DNA of 64,000 bases, taken from positions 65,487 through 129,486 of the forward strand of contig CBDCVL010000011.1 of the NCBI GenBank assembly GCA_965223015.1, in the 5' to 3' direction. Made by a program: the position numbers and the translations under genes. The stretch is from Vicinamibacterales bacterium. GTDB lineage: Bacteria; Acidobacteriota; Vicinamibacteria; Vicinamibacterales; UBA8438. Shown piece after piece: positions 36,218-45,725 of the stretch. Below the pieces are notes generated by a model. The model saw only the letters and a program-made list of their open reading frames with translations, was not told the origin of the DNA and made no database searches. Position 1 is the first letter of the stretch. The number at the start of each line of letters is the position of its first letter.

Positions 36218-36428
36218 ACTAGGGAACAGGCAGCACTCGTTTCGGCCGGCTCGCGGCCAGCACCATCCGCCCCGATGCGGTAGCCGGGCGCCTAGCTAGG
36301 GTCGTTGTGTCATCGGAGGCCGCTCCGATGGGACGGTGGCTGTGCGGCCGGGTACACGTGCCAACCTCGATATTCCATCCGACGATGGTTCTAATCGACC
36401 AGCATGCCAGGCTTGCCCCGGTACCGGA

Positions 36429-38042
36429 ATGGTCTCTGACCCGTCTCAATCTCGGTCAGTAGACGGAGGGATCCACCTCTCAGCACTGGCGGGCTTCGCA
36501 CTCGTGGCGATGTTCGCCTTGGGACTCCTCGCCTTCGGTTTCCTCGACGTCGTGAAGCCGAATGCTGCGTTCCAGTGGTCGTTCTTTGGTTCGGCCGGCG
36601 TGCTGCTCGTCTGGGGCAGTGTGTTGTTCGGTCTGGCGAAGCGCCGAGGCCGAACGCTGGCGCTCGCGGTCGCGTTTCGGAAGCAGCACTATGTTCAGGC
36701 GACTGCACAGGCGGTCTTCCTGTTGTACTGGGGATGGTACTGGCGCCCGGTCTACGACTCGGCGTTCTTGATCGGTGCCCAGCTGGTATTCGCCTACGCG
36801 TTTGACATGCTGCTGTGTTGGTCGCGGCGCGATAGGTACACGTTCGGGCTCGGTCCGTTCCCCGTCATCTTCAGCATTAACCTGTTTCTTTGGTTCGCCG
36901 ACAGCCAGTTCTACCTGCAGTTCGCGCTGGTGGCACTCGGCTTCGCAGCGAAGGAGCTGATTCGCTGGAACAAGGATGGCCGGCGGGTTCACATCTTCAA
37001 TCCTTCATCGTTCCCGCTTGCGGTGTTCTCGCTCGGCCTCATTCTGACCGGCACAAGCGATCTGACCTGGGGACAGGACATCGCGATTACCCAGTTCTAT
37101 CCCCCCCACGCGTACTTAGTGCTGTTCTTGATCGCGCTCCCTGGGCAATACCTCTTTGGCGTCGCGTCGATGACAATGTCCGCCGTGGTTGCGACCTATG
37201 TGTTTGGGCTTCTCTACTATTCTGCGACCGGAATCTTCTTCTTCTACGATTCCTACATCCCGATTGCCGTGTTCCTCGGGATGCATCTCCTGTTTACCGA
37301 TCCATCCACGGCGCCGCGGACCGAGGCGGGTCGCATCATGTTCGGCGTGCTCTATGGCTTCAGCACAGTGGCCCTCTACGTGATTCTCGGCCGCTCAGGC
37401 CTACCGACGTTCTACGACAAGTTGCTGCAAGTGCCGGTCTTGAACCTTTCGGTTCAACTGCTTGACCGTTTGGCGCAGTCGAGGTGGGTTCGCGCGTTCG
37501 ACCCCGTCGCGTTGGGCCGCTCCCTTGTCCCGCATCAGAGGAATTTCGGCTACATGGCGGCCTGGGCGCTGGTATTCGTGGTCATGAGTGCGACTCAAGG
37601 AGTGGGCGACCGTCACCCCGGCCAGTGGGTGCCGTTTTGGCAGCAAGCCTGCGGTGAAGGGCGAGCGTATGCGTGTCCCTATCTCGCCGACATGCAGCTC
37701 AGGTTTTGTCGGAGCGGGTCGGCCTGGGCGTGCAACGAAGCGGGAATACTCCACGTCGCGCTGGCGCGCTCGGGAGAAGACGCGCGTCGGTCGGACCCGC
37801 TCGGTGCCACCGAACCACTCGAGCGCGGGTGCGAGCTCGGGTTCGAGCCAGCCTGCCAGAACCTCGTGGAACTGACTTCCGGGCTGGGATCACTCGAGCA
37901 GGCACCGCCGACGCTGCTGGATTACCCGATCATCCTTCGAGGGACCAAGGGGCCGATCACCGACCGATCACCCGCCGCACTCTACGCCCGGGCCTGCAGC
38001 CAGGGCTGGGAGGGAACCTGCGGCAGGTTCCTCGAAGACTGA
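36429..38042 (+). CDS. Polytopic membrane protein with a C-terminal domain of four C-x7-C (Sel1/Hcp-like) repeats
   Basis: About 10-12 predicted TM helices, with HLLFTDPSTAP reminiscent of NqrB/RnfD-type motifs. The C-terminus (37647-38039) has CGEGRAYAC, CRSGSAWAC, CELGFEPAC and CSQGWEGTC. The start is uncertain (36336-36429). Confidence 0.7.
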   Translation: MVSDPSQSRSVDGGIHLSALAGFALVAMFALGLLAFGFLDVVKPNAAFQWSFFGSAGVLLVWGSVLFGLAKRRGRTLALAVAFRKQHYVQATAQAVFLLYWGWYWRPVYDSAFLIGAQLVFAYAFDMLLCWSRRDRYTFGLGPFPVIFSINLFLWFADSQFYLQFALVALGFAAKELIRWNKDGRRVHIFNPSSFPLAVFSLGLILTGTSDLTWGQDIAITQFYPPHAYLVLFLIALPGQYLFGVASMTMSAVVATYVFGLLYYSATGIFFFYDSYIPIAVFLGMHLLFTDPSTAPRTEAGRIMFGVLYGFSTVALYVILGRSGLPTFYDKLLQVPVLNLSVQLLDRLAQSRWVRAFDPVALGRSLVPHQRNFGYMAAWALVFVVMSATQGVGDRHPGQWVPFWQQACGEGRAYACPYLADMQLRFCRSGSAWACNEAGILHVALARSGEDARRSDPLGATEPLERGCELGFEPACQNLVELTSGLGSLEQAPPTLLDYPIILRGTKGPITDRSPAALYARACSQGWEGTCGRFLED

Positions 38043-38054
38043 AATCCTCCTGTC

Positions 38055-38093
38055 CGACGGCGAGGGGTTTGAGGGGCTCGCCCCATCTGTAAA
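38055..38093. repeat. 39-nt hairpin-containing intergenic repeat, copy 1
   Basis: CGACGGCGAGGGGTTTGAGGGGCTCGCCCCATCTGTAAA, with stem GGCGAG/CTCGCC. It lies between convergent genes and matches 41758-41797 with 3 mismatches. Confidence 0.5.
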
Positions 38094-38098
38094 GGAGA

Positions 38099-38539
38099 CT
38101 ACACCGGCGCGATCCCAATCTCCGCATTCAGGAATCCGACGACGTATTTCCACCCAAGGTAGTAGACGGCCATGCCGATCGGCAGCATCGGGAGGGCCAA
38201 GTCCCATTGAATCGTGAAGGCATCGACGGTCTGTGCCAGTATCACCCCTGCCGGCATGAGCAACACAACGAGAAGTGAACCGTGCACTCCCAGTGGCAGC
38301 CGCACGCGGGATCTCAGCGCAAGGTGCGCCATGTTCCATAGACCCCAGGCGTTTGGGACGATTGCCATCGGGAACAAGAGTGCACGATCGAGCGGCAGTG
38401 CTGGGATCCCCAGCACGAATTGACTCGATACCTCGAAGTAGTAGCGGTGATACACGTCGACAGTCGCGACCACCAGCAGGAACATTGTCGGCACGACGAT
38501 TCCAGCCATATATGCCCGTAGGTACGGATGCGTGCGCAT
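38099..38539 (-). CDS. Integral membrane protein of unknown function, third gene of the ECF sigma operon
   Basis: ATG 38539 preceded by GGAGGA. Four hydrophobic helices. It lies 10 nt downstream of the putative anti-sigma gene. Confidence 0.6.
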   Translation of the reverse strand: MRTHPYLRAYMAGIVVPTMFLLVVATVDVYHRYYFEVSSQFVLGIPALPLDRALLFPMAIVPNAWGLWNMAHLALRSRVRLPLGVHGSLLVVLLMPAGVILAQTVDAFTIQWDLALPMLPIGMAVYYLGWKYVVGFLNAEIGIAPV

Positions 38540-38549
38540 GAATCCTCCG

Positions 38550-38762
38550 TTACAAGTGATAGGCAAGCAGCCACAGCCAGTCAGGGAAGATCAATAGACC
38601 AATCGCCACGATGGCACCGAGGCCAATATCGACCCAGGAGATGTGCTGTGGTGCCTGCTCGGGTCTGACAATTGACGGCCACAGGTCACGAGATGGCCCT
38701 GAGGCCGCAACAGGTGGAAACGTCGAGCGCAGAAGGCGTTGTAGACGATCGTGGTCTCTCAT
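38550..38762 (-). CDS. Putative anti-sigma factor (small single-pass membrane protein)
   Basis: 70 aa. ATGA overlap with the sigma gene stop and one C-terminal TM helix (IGLGAIVAIGLLIF). The assignment is by position only. Confidence 0.5.
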   Translation of the reverse strand: MRDHDRLQRLLRSTFPPVAASGPSRDLWPSIVRPEQAPQHISWVDIGLGAIVAIGLLIFPDWLWLLAYHL

Positions 38763-39292
38763 GGTCGGATACCCAGACGGCCCAACTCCTTTCTCAAAGT
38801 ACGGGACGCGCGAAATACTCGGGACTTGACAGTGCCTAGCGGTAGATCCAGTGCCTCGGCGATCTCGGCATAGGGGCAGTCCTCGATCAGGGCGAGCGTC
38901 GCGACGATTCGTAGCTTCGGTGACAACCGGCGAAACGCGTGCGCAATCGCTTCGGATAGGTCGCTATCCGATCCCACCGATGCTGGTGCCGAGACTTCGT
39001 GTGCGCGTAGCTCGAACGCTCTCCGATCTTTCTTCAGGTGATCGACGGCGGCGTTTGTGGCGATTCTCCGCATCCATGCGCCGAAGCTCCGAGATGAGTC
39101 GAATCCCGCGCGGCCACGGTAGGCACGCCAGAAGGCCTCGACAAGCACGTCTTCGGCACTGCTGTCATCCCGGACAATCCGGAGAATCCACCGATAGACT
39201 TCCGCCTCGAACCGTCTGAAAAGTGATTCAAACGCGTCTTCGTCACCCCTCACGAAACGCTCAAGGAGACCATCCTCCAACTCGCTCGGCAT
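38759..39292 (-). CDS. ECF-type RNA polymerase sigma-70 factor
   Basis: 177 aa. Region 2 is FESLFRRFEAEVYRWILRIVRDDSSAEDVLVEAFWRAY. Region 4 is LPLGTVKSRVFRASRTLRKEL. Confidence 0.9.
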   Translation of the reverse strand: MPSELEDGLLERFVRGDEDAFESLFRRFEAEVYRWILRIVRDDSSAEDVLVEAFWRAYRGRAGFDSSRSFGAWMRRIATNAAVDHLKKDRRAFELRAHEVSAPASVGSDSDLSEAIAHAFRRLSPKLRIVATLALIEDCPYAEIAEALDLPLGTVKSRVFRASRTLRKELGRLGIRP

Positions 39293-39590
39293 CGCCGTCT
39301 ACCCTGGCTTACCGGGAAATGCCAGGGAAGGTTCCCTAGTTTCTGAGAACCCGCGGAGCCGCCGCTCCCCCATTGTCCCGATTCAGCCATTGCGATGTGA
39401 CCGCCGCCGGGCAGTTCTACGGTCTTCATTGCCGTTCTGCGTGATCTGGATCTTGGACGAGTCGGCGTCCGGGGCCACGTCGTCAGGACGAACCTGCACA
39501 TATAATGCGGCTTGATCATGCGAGAGGTGTCGTGCAACGTGTGTCTCGAGGTCGGCTCTCGACTCGGTCGTTAGACGGAAGGAGATCGTT

Positions 39591-41693
39591 GTGTTGAGCT
39601 CTCGACTGCGATGGATGGCGACGACGACCGCAGCGGGTTTGTGTCTGCTGCTGCTGGTGACTGCGCGCCCGGTCACACAGTCGGCGGCCGGCGGAGGCGC
39701 GTACGGTCACACCGACTGGCCGACGATCGGCGGCAATTTGGCGAACTCGCGCTACTCGACTCTCGATCGGATCAACCGGGCGAACATCGGCCAGTTGGGA
39801 GCGGCGTGGTCGCTACGGTTCGAAGGCGGCGGCTCGACCCGAGCGACCCCTGTCATCAAGGACGGGGTGCTCTTCATTGGATCTGGTACGCGCTTGTATG
39901 CGCGCGACGCCGCCACCGGCGACGAGATCTGGACCGTTCAGCCCGACCCGGGCGCGCCAAGCGATCTCGAGCGGGCCGGAATCGGCGAAATCCTGAACGC
40001 AGGTCGGGCGATTCCTTCGCCCCCCGGATTGGCGCTCGGCGACGGGAAGGTGTTCGTCGGACTCATGGACGGTCGCGTGGCGGCGTTCAGCCAAGAGGAC
40101 GGCGAGTTTCTTTGGGCCACGCAGATCGGCTACGACCCGCCCCGGAAGGGTCAGGCGGTTTCGGGCGCTCCAATCTACACCGACGGCAAGGTATTCGCCG
40201 GCTTGGCGAACGGAGACTGGGCGTTTCGGGGCAAGGTCGTCGCTCTCGACGCCGAGACCGGCGACGTGCTCTGGGACTTCTGGACTATTCCAGACCCCGG
40301 CGAGCCTGGTTCCGAGAGCTGGCCACGGGAGGGCAAGTACGGTGACGTCTGGAAGCAGGGTGGCGCGGGGGTCTGGCATGTCGCCAACGCCGACCCGGAG
40401 CTGGGGTTGGTGTACTACGTGACCGGCAACGCGGTGCCGATGTTCGGGGGGGAGGCAAGGGCGGGCGACAATCTCTATACCGCGTCCATTCTCGCGTTTG
40501 AGATGGAGACCGGAGCGCTGCGTTGGCACTATCAAGTGGTTCGGCACGATCTGTGGGACGCCGATATCGCGATCGCTCCGCTGCTCTACGATACGGTGGT
40601 CGACGGAACGACTATCAAAGGGTTGGCGGCTCTTCGAGCCGACGGCTTCCTGTTCCTGCTCGACCGCGAAACCGGCGAGCCCATCTCACCGATCGAAGAG
40701 CGTCCGGTGCCGCAGGATCCCTACAACAACACGGCAGCCACCCAGCCGTTCCCGGTAGGGGCCGAGAGCATCATCCCGGGCTGCGATTTCTGGCGAGACC
40801 GAGTCGCTCCGCCCTGGCAGCTCAGCTGCAGCACGTTTACTCCGCCGTATACGGACCGCGACGATGTGGTGGCGCCTGGGGCACCGATTCCCGGCGTGCG
40901 CGTCACATCGATGTCGTTCAGCCCACAGACCGGCTTCATCTATGCTCAGGGCCGGGCCCACATCGGTCGTGCGCGCCGGATTACCAATGACCCCTGGTTC
41001 CGCGGTGGCGCACGTTCGTACACCGAGCTGCCCGACCCGGTGGGCATGGTCACGGCAATCGACACCCGGACGAACCGGATCGCCTGGCAACACGAGGTCG
41101 CGTCGTTGGCGCTCGGGACAAGCGGGCCGCTGACGACCGCCGGGGGGTTGATGTTCCGCGGCTCCGGCGATGGGAACGTGCAGGCTTACGACGCCTCGAG
41201 TGGTGAGCGAGTGTGGCAATTCCAGACCGGCGTACGTGGCGCACGTGGACCGGCTGCGACGTACGAGGTCGATGGCGAGCAGTACGTCACGCTGCCGATG
41301 GGACCGGAGATGTGGGCGTTCAAGCTCGGTGGGACCGTTCAAGAAAGAGAGGCGCCGCCGCGGGCTGGACCTCGCACGCCGGGTCGAGCGGTCAACGAAG
41401 TGATGACCTCGACGCTTGTCCAGGGCGCCGACCGCGGTGTCGGCTTGCGCTATGCCGTGGACGAGCACGCCTTCAACCCCCCTCAGATCCGCGTGCCGGT
41501 CGGTACGGTCGTTTCGTGGGTCAACAGTGGGGCATTGACCCACACGATTACGTCGAAGGACGCGTCGTGGACCACCGGCTCCTTGAAGGAGGCGGAAACG
41601 GGTCATGTGCGCTTTGAGATCGCCGGCACCTTTACCTACGAGTGCGAGGAGCACCCGTGGGCGATGGGGCAGGTGTTCGTCGACCCATCCTGA
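39591..41693 (+). CDS. PQQ-dependent dehydrogenase beta-propeller fused to a C-terminal cupredoxin (type-1 copper) domain
   Basis: GTG start with GGAAGGAG RBS, plus a signal peptide. DWPTIGGNLANSRYSTLDRINRANIGQLGAAWS and repeated W-motif blades are typical of quinoprotein dehydrogenases. The last ~95 aa are FNPPQIRVPVGTVVSWVNSGALTHTI...GTFTYECEEHPWAMGQVFV, with His...Cys-x2-His-x3-Met ligands. Confidence 0.85.
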   Translation: MLSSRLRWMATTTAAGLCLLLLVTARPVTQSAAGGGAYGHTDWPTIGGNLANSRYSTLDRINRANIGQLGAAWSLRFEGGGSTRATPVIKDGVLFIGSGTRLYARDAATGDEIWTVQPDPGAPSDLERAGIGEILNAGRAIPSPPGLALGDGKVFVGLMDGRVAAFSQEDGEFLWATQIGYDPPRKGQAVSGAPIYTDGKVFAGLANGDWAFRGKVVALDAETGDVLWDFWTIPDPGEPGSESWPREGKYGDVWKQGGAGVWHVANADPELGLVYYVTGNAVPMFGGEARAGDNLYTASILAFEMETGALRWHYQVVRHDLWDADIAIAPLLYDTVVDGTTIKGLAALRADGFLFLLDRETGEPISPIEERPVPQDPYNNTAATQPFPVGAESIIPGCDFWRDRVAPPWQLSCSTFTPPYTDRDDVVAPGAPIPGVRVTSMSFSPQTGFIYAQGRAHIGRARRITNDPWFRGGARSYTELPDPVGMVTAIDTRTNRIAWQHEVASLALGTSGPLTTAGGLMFRGSGDGNVQAYDASSGERVWQFQTGVRGARGPAATYEVDGEQYVTLPMGPEMWAFKLGGTVQEREAPPRAGPRTPGRAVNEVMTSTLVQGADRGVGLRYAVDEHAFNPPQIRVPVGTVVSWVNSGALTHTITSKDASWTTGSLKEAETGHVRFEIAGTFTYECEEHPWAMGQVFVDPS

Positions 41694-41757
41694 CTGAAGA
41701 TCGCGAGGGCGCGCACGGCGCGCCCCGCCGCGGCGCGGGGCAGTGGGCCCCCGCGAG

Positions 41758-41797
41758 CGACGGCGAGGGGTTTGGGGCGCTCGCCCCATCTGAAAAA
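41758..41797. repeat. 39-nt hairpin-containing intergenic repeat, copy 2
   Basis: CGACGGCGAGGGGTTTGGGGCGCTCGCCCCATCTGAAAA, also between convergent genes. Confidence 0.5.
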
Positions 41798-43546
41798 GCT
41801 CTAATCCAGAACGTCGAACAGATAGCTGTACTTCAAGATCAGATTCCGCCCCGCCCCCGATGGGATGGCGTCACCTAGCCCCTCGGTTTCGTTGTAGACA
41901 AGGAAGAGGCCTGTGTTGGCGTCCTGGAGCCAGCCGACGCGAAAGTTGACCGACCACAGGTCGGCGCTATCGTTGTGCTGCAAGAGCGTCTGTGCGAACA
42001 GACGGGGCGAGAAGTTGTAGGCGAAGCGGAAGCTCGTCAGGTTGGTGACGACGCTGCCGTTCGGAAGGTCGATGTCGTTTCGGCTGTAGCTCAGCGATAG
42101 GTTGAAGGTCTCCCCGTAGCGCGCGCGAACCGACGGACTGATCGTGACGATGTTACCGCCAAAGAACCCGCCAGCGGTGGTGCGTATCGAAAATCCTACG
42201 GGAGCTGATTGGTTGTAGCCAAAGTTGAGCAGGGTTTGGTTGAAGTCATAGCGGCCCGGCGGAACGGGGATACCGGAGATGTCGAATTGATTGAAGACCC
42301 GTTCGCTCCGAACGTTGAACGCGACGCCCGCCGTCGTGCTATCTTCGAATTCTCCATCAAAGTGAAGGTGGGCGAACGAGGTCTCCATGATTCCGTCGAA
42401 GTTCCAGAATCGAGTGAAGCTCATGTGTGGTGTCAGCTGCTGGAACTTGAGGAATCCCTCGGGCCTCGACGTGTTGTTGAGCCCGAAATCGTACTTCCGA
42501 AACCCGTTGCGGCGGACGAAGCCGACTTCGGGATTGAAGTCCTCGCCGTTCTCCTGATATCCGCTGATGACCCCCCATCGTTCCGAGCTGTAGCTGGCGG
42601 AGAGGCTCAGGGCATGGTCCCGCCCGTCGAGGTGAGGGGTCTGCGTTTGACCGACGAAGCCCTGCACGACGCCATTCTCGCCGATGCCCCAGCGGCCGTC
42701 GACGGCGTACGTTCGGTTGTAGTCGTCGCCGGGCGCCCGGCTGCCGGTGGCGATCCGGTTGACGAATATTCCGCCGATGCTGGACCGGTTGGGCAGGTCC
42801 CGTCGAACACGCGCCACGGTGACGTTGTTTGCCGGCGAGAGGTCCTCGACGCTCTGGGTCTGCATGTTGAGGAAGCCGACCGTCACCGCGTCGGTCAGCT
42901 TGCCAGACAGGCGAGCGCCCCCAAGGATAGGAATCTGGCTGCCGTCACTACTGATACCGATGCGCCGACTGAAGAAGAGCTCCGTCTGGCCCTGATTCCT
43001 CCCGTCGGCGGCCCCCGCGTTGTTCACCGTGAACACCCCGGCGTTCTCGAGGAAGAAGGGCCGCTTCTCAGGAAAGAAGAGATTGAACCGGTCGAGGTTG
43101 ATCTGCTGGTTGTCGACCTCCACCTGGGCAAAGTCGGTGTTGTACGTCGCGTCGAGCGTCAGACCTGACGTCACGCTGTACTTGAGGTCGGCTCCCACGT
43201 CACCGACTGCTGTCGCGCTCCGGTCGGGTGTGGCATCGCGGGTGACCACCTCGCCGACGACATACGGGGTGATCTGCAGGTTGCCGGTGAAACCGATCGG
43301 CGCATTCACTCCGGTCAACTGTCCGGCCAGCGACACCCGGTAGAGGTTGTACTGTCGTGGAAGCGGCGCCCAGTAGGCTGTCTCGTTCCGTCGACGGATG
43401 TTCCGCTGGAAGTTCACGCCCCACGACTGCTCCTCTCGCGCCGGGTAGCGGACAGTCCGGAACGGAATGGCGAACTCGGCGCTCCATCCGATATCGGTGA
43501 TCTGCGTGCGGACCTGCCACGCCCCGTCCCAGTTAAGATTGAAGTC

Positions 43547-44992
43547 GAGAGTGTCCCACCGGTAGTAGAAAGTCAGCGGCAACGGTGAACACAAGTTATC
43601 CGACCTTCTGCATCTCTGCAATGTTGTCGTCGTCGCGATCCAGGTGTGCCTTCAGCATCCAGAGATGCTCGTAACCTGTGATGCGTCGGTAGTTCTTCTC
43701 CGTCTCCACGAAGGCCACGGCCGACCAGCGCAGCGCCATCTCTCCGTTCTTCCAGTTGGTGACGCGACGTGTGCGCTGCCGGATTCCCGAGTGCGTCGAA
43801 TCGATGATGTTCGTCGTCGTGAGGCACGTGCGCAGTGATGCGGGCAGGCCGAGCCGATTCACGGTGAAGATCTCATCGAGGCCTTCTCGAACGCTCGCTG
43901 CTGCATCGGGCCAGTCGCGTTGGAGCCACGAGGCGTACTGGTCAAGCTTGCGCAGGCCCTCCTTAGCCTCGAGCTTCCAGGCGGCGCGCAGGGTGGCCCG
44001 TGCCTGGTCGTGCTGCGCGTTCGGCAGGTGGCCGACGACATTCCGCAGCTTGTGGTTGCGACAGCGCTGTACCTCGTTGCCGGCGCCGAACACCTGGGCG
44101 ATCGCGCTGCGTAGCGCCTTCGCTCCATCGACGACGAACAGCCGACGTCGGTCGGGGCGGATCCCGCGAGCGACGAGATCCTCGAGCAGGGCGGTCGTCA
44201 CGGTCGCGTTCTCAGAGGCACCGCTGCGCACGCCGAGCACGTACTTCTTCCCGTCTTCGTCGACCCCCACGGCCGCCAGAACATGGTGGTTCCCGAACTG
44301 GATCCCGTCGAGGTAGATAATCAACACGTCGACCTTGCTGAAGTCTCGCTCAGCCAAGTCCTGGAGGACTCGCGTCCCGGCCTCGATGGTCTCACGGGAG
44401 ACCTCCGACTTGCCGATGCCGACCTGCTCGGCCATCGCCGGCAGGACCGTCTCGTAGCGCCGGGTCGAGACGCCGTTCAGCATGATCGCCAACATGCGGT
44501 CGGCAAGGCGCTGATCGCGCTGCATCGCGTCGTACGCCGGGATCGCGACCTCGCCGCGCTCCCCCTGCCGCGCCGTCTTCTTGCGCAGACGCGGCTTTTC
44601 CACGCGCAGCTGACGTTCGCTCAACGTGACGCGCCCCGGCTGGCTGCCGTGCCAGTACAGCGCCCGATCGTCGGCGCGGCGGCCCTGCCGCTTGGGCCCG
44701 GCGAGCCGCTCAGCGCTCATCCGAAGGACCGCCTCGACGGTCGCCCGACCCATGACGTCGATCACCTCGTCGATGGCCTTCTCGCCCCGCTCCAAGAGCT
44801 CGACGAGCGGCAGCAGGAGCTGACCGTCCTTCGAGAGAAACTCCGCGAGCTCGCGGCTGCTGAGCGTGGACGGCTTCGTGACAACCTGGTACGTTCTCTT
44901 CATCGGTGGTTCTCCTTTCCGACAAGCACCCGATCGACCTTACGATCGGGCAGGAGTTACCACCGACCTTCCACTACGCCTGGGTCATCCTC
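43547..44992 (-). mobile_element. IS256-family element, copy 2 (identical to copy 1, inverted)
   Basis: Perfect 8-bp target duplication TTGAAGTC at 43539-43546 and 44993-45000. Same termini and ORFs as 10551-11996. Confidence 0.92.
43596..44903 (-). CDS. IS256-family transposase
   Basis: The 435-aa translation is identical to ORF 10640..11947. Confidence 0.92.
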   Translation of the reverse strand: MKRTYQVVTKPSTLSSRELAEFLSKDGQLLLPLVELLERGEKAIDEVIDVMGRATVEAVLRMSAERLAGPKRQGRRADDRALYWHGSQPGRVTLSERQLRVEKPRLRKKTARQGERGEVAIPAYDAMQRDQRLADRMLAIMLNGVSTRRYETVLPAMAEQVGIGKSEVSRETIEAGTRVLQDLAERDFSKVDVLIIYLDGIQFGNHHVLAAVGVDEDGKKYVLGVRSGASENATVTTALLEDLVARGIRPDRRRLFVVDGAKALRSAIAQVFGAGNEVQRCRNHKLRNVVGHLPNAQHDQARATLRAAWKLEAKEGLRKLDQYASWLQRDWPDAAASVREGLDEIFTVNRLGLPASLRTCLTTTNIIDSTHSGIRQRTRRVTNWKNGEMALRWSAVAFVETEKNYRRITGYEHLWMLKAHLDRDDDNIAEMQKVG

Positions 44993-45725
44993 TTGAAGTC
45001 ACCTCCGCTCCCTCGAGTGAATCCCCCGCCCCCCCCTGCTCCGAACAGCCGTCGCGCGCCGCCCTCGTTGATCACCTGGCCATCGTATTCCTGCCCGGCC
45101 GGCGTCGTGCCGAAGACGAAGCCGTTCTGTTGGTCACTGAAGGTATCGAAGACCATCTGAAAGCTGTCGGCATTGTTCATCGACGAGTCGCGACGGCTGT
45201 CGCTCATGATGATCGCCGACGGGTCACGGTCGTAGCAGACGACCCCGAAGTAGATGACGTCGTCGGTAAAGACCACCCGAACCTCGGTGCGCTCGGTGGC
45301 GGGTTGGCCTTCGTCGGGCGCACTCTGGCGGAACCCGCCTACCGGCACGCTGTCGGCCCAGGCCGGGTCGTTGAGGACGTCGCCGTCCAGGATTGGCGGC
45401 TGTTCCACGCCCTGCGCCCGTGCGATTTTCGTCGCAGTCTGGGCGACCAACTCCACGTCTGTGACGGACTGGCTCTGCTGGGCAACAACCGGCGTGCCAC
45501 CCGAGAGGAGTGCCGAGACTGCGAATACTGTGAATAGCGTGAGGAAACGCACGGGGCAGAGGGTCGTCACTCTCGGGGCTCTAGGGGGCTGTAACTCCGC
45601 ACAAGCTCATTAGTCTACTGGATCGCTGAGTCCTGCTAGCGTGATCCAGCTGCCGTGACGTGACCGTGTGGACGCAGGTCCACATCTCAGCAGCTTCGGT
45701 GGAGCTGCGGGTAAGATCTCCCGCC

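Larger units (their letters stand above)
41801..45570 (-). pseudogene. DUF5916 / CBM9-like secreted protein gene split by IS256 copy 2
   Basis: The N-terminal part is 44993-45570 (signal peptide; PPILDGDVLNDPAW...FRQSAPDEGQPATERTEVRVVFTDDVIYFGVVCYD). The C-terminal part is 41801-43546 (WDGAWQVRTQITDIGWSAEFAIPFRTVRY...WGVNFQRNIRRRNE...). The joined sequence reads ...GSGGDFNLNWDGAW. Confidence 0.8.

Noticed and set aside
38059-38082. The repeat hairpins (also 41762-41786) as rho-independent terminators
   Set aside because: The stems are short (6 bp), the loops are 12 nt, and neither strand has a downstream U-tract. I report them as repeats instead.
11997-43546. The 31.5-kb segment between the inverted IS256 copies has already been inverted by recombination
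   Set aside because: Copy 2 retains an identical 8-bp duplication on both sides. An inversion through the two copies would have separated that pair.
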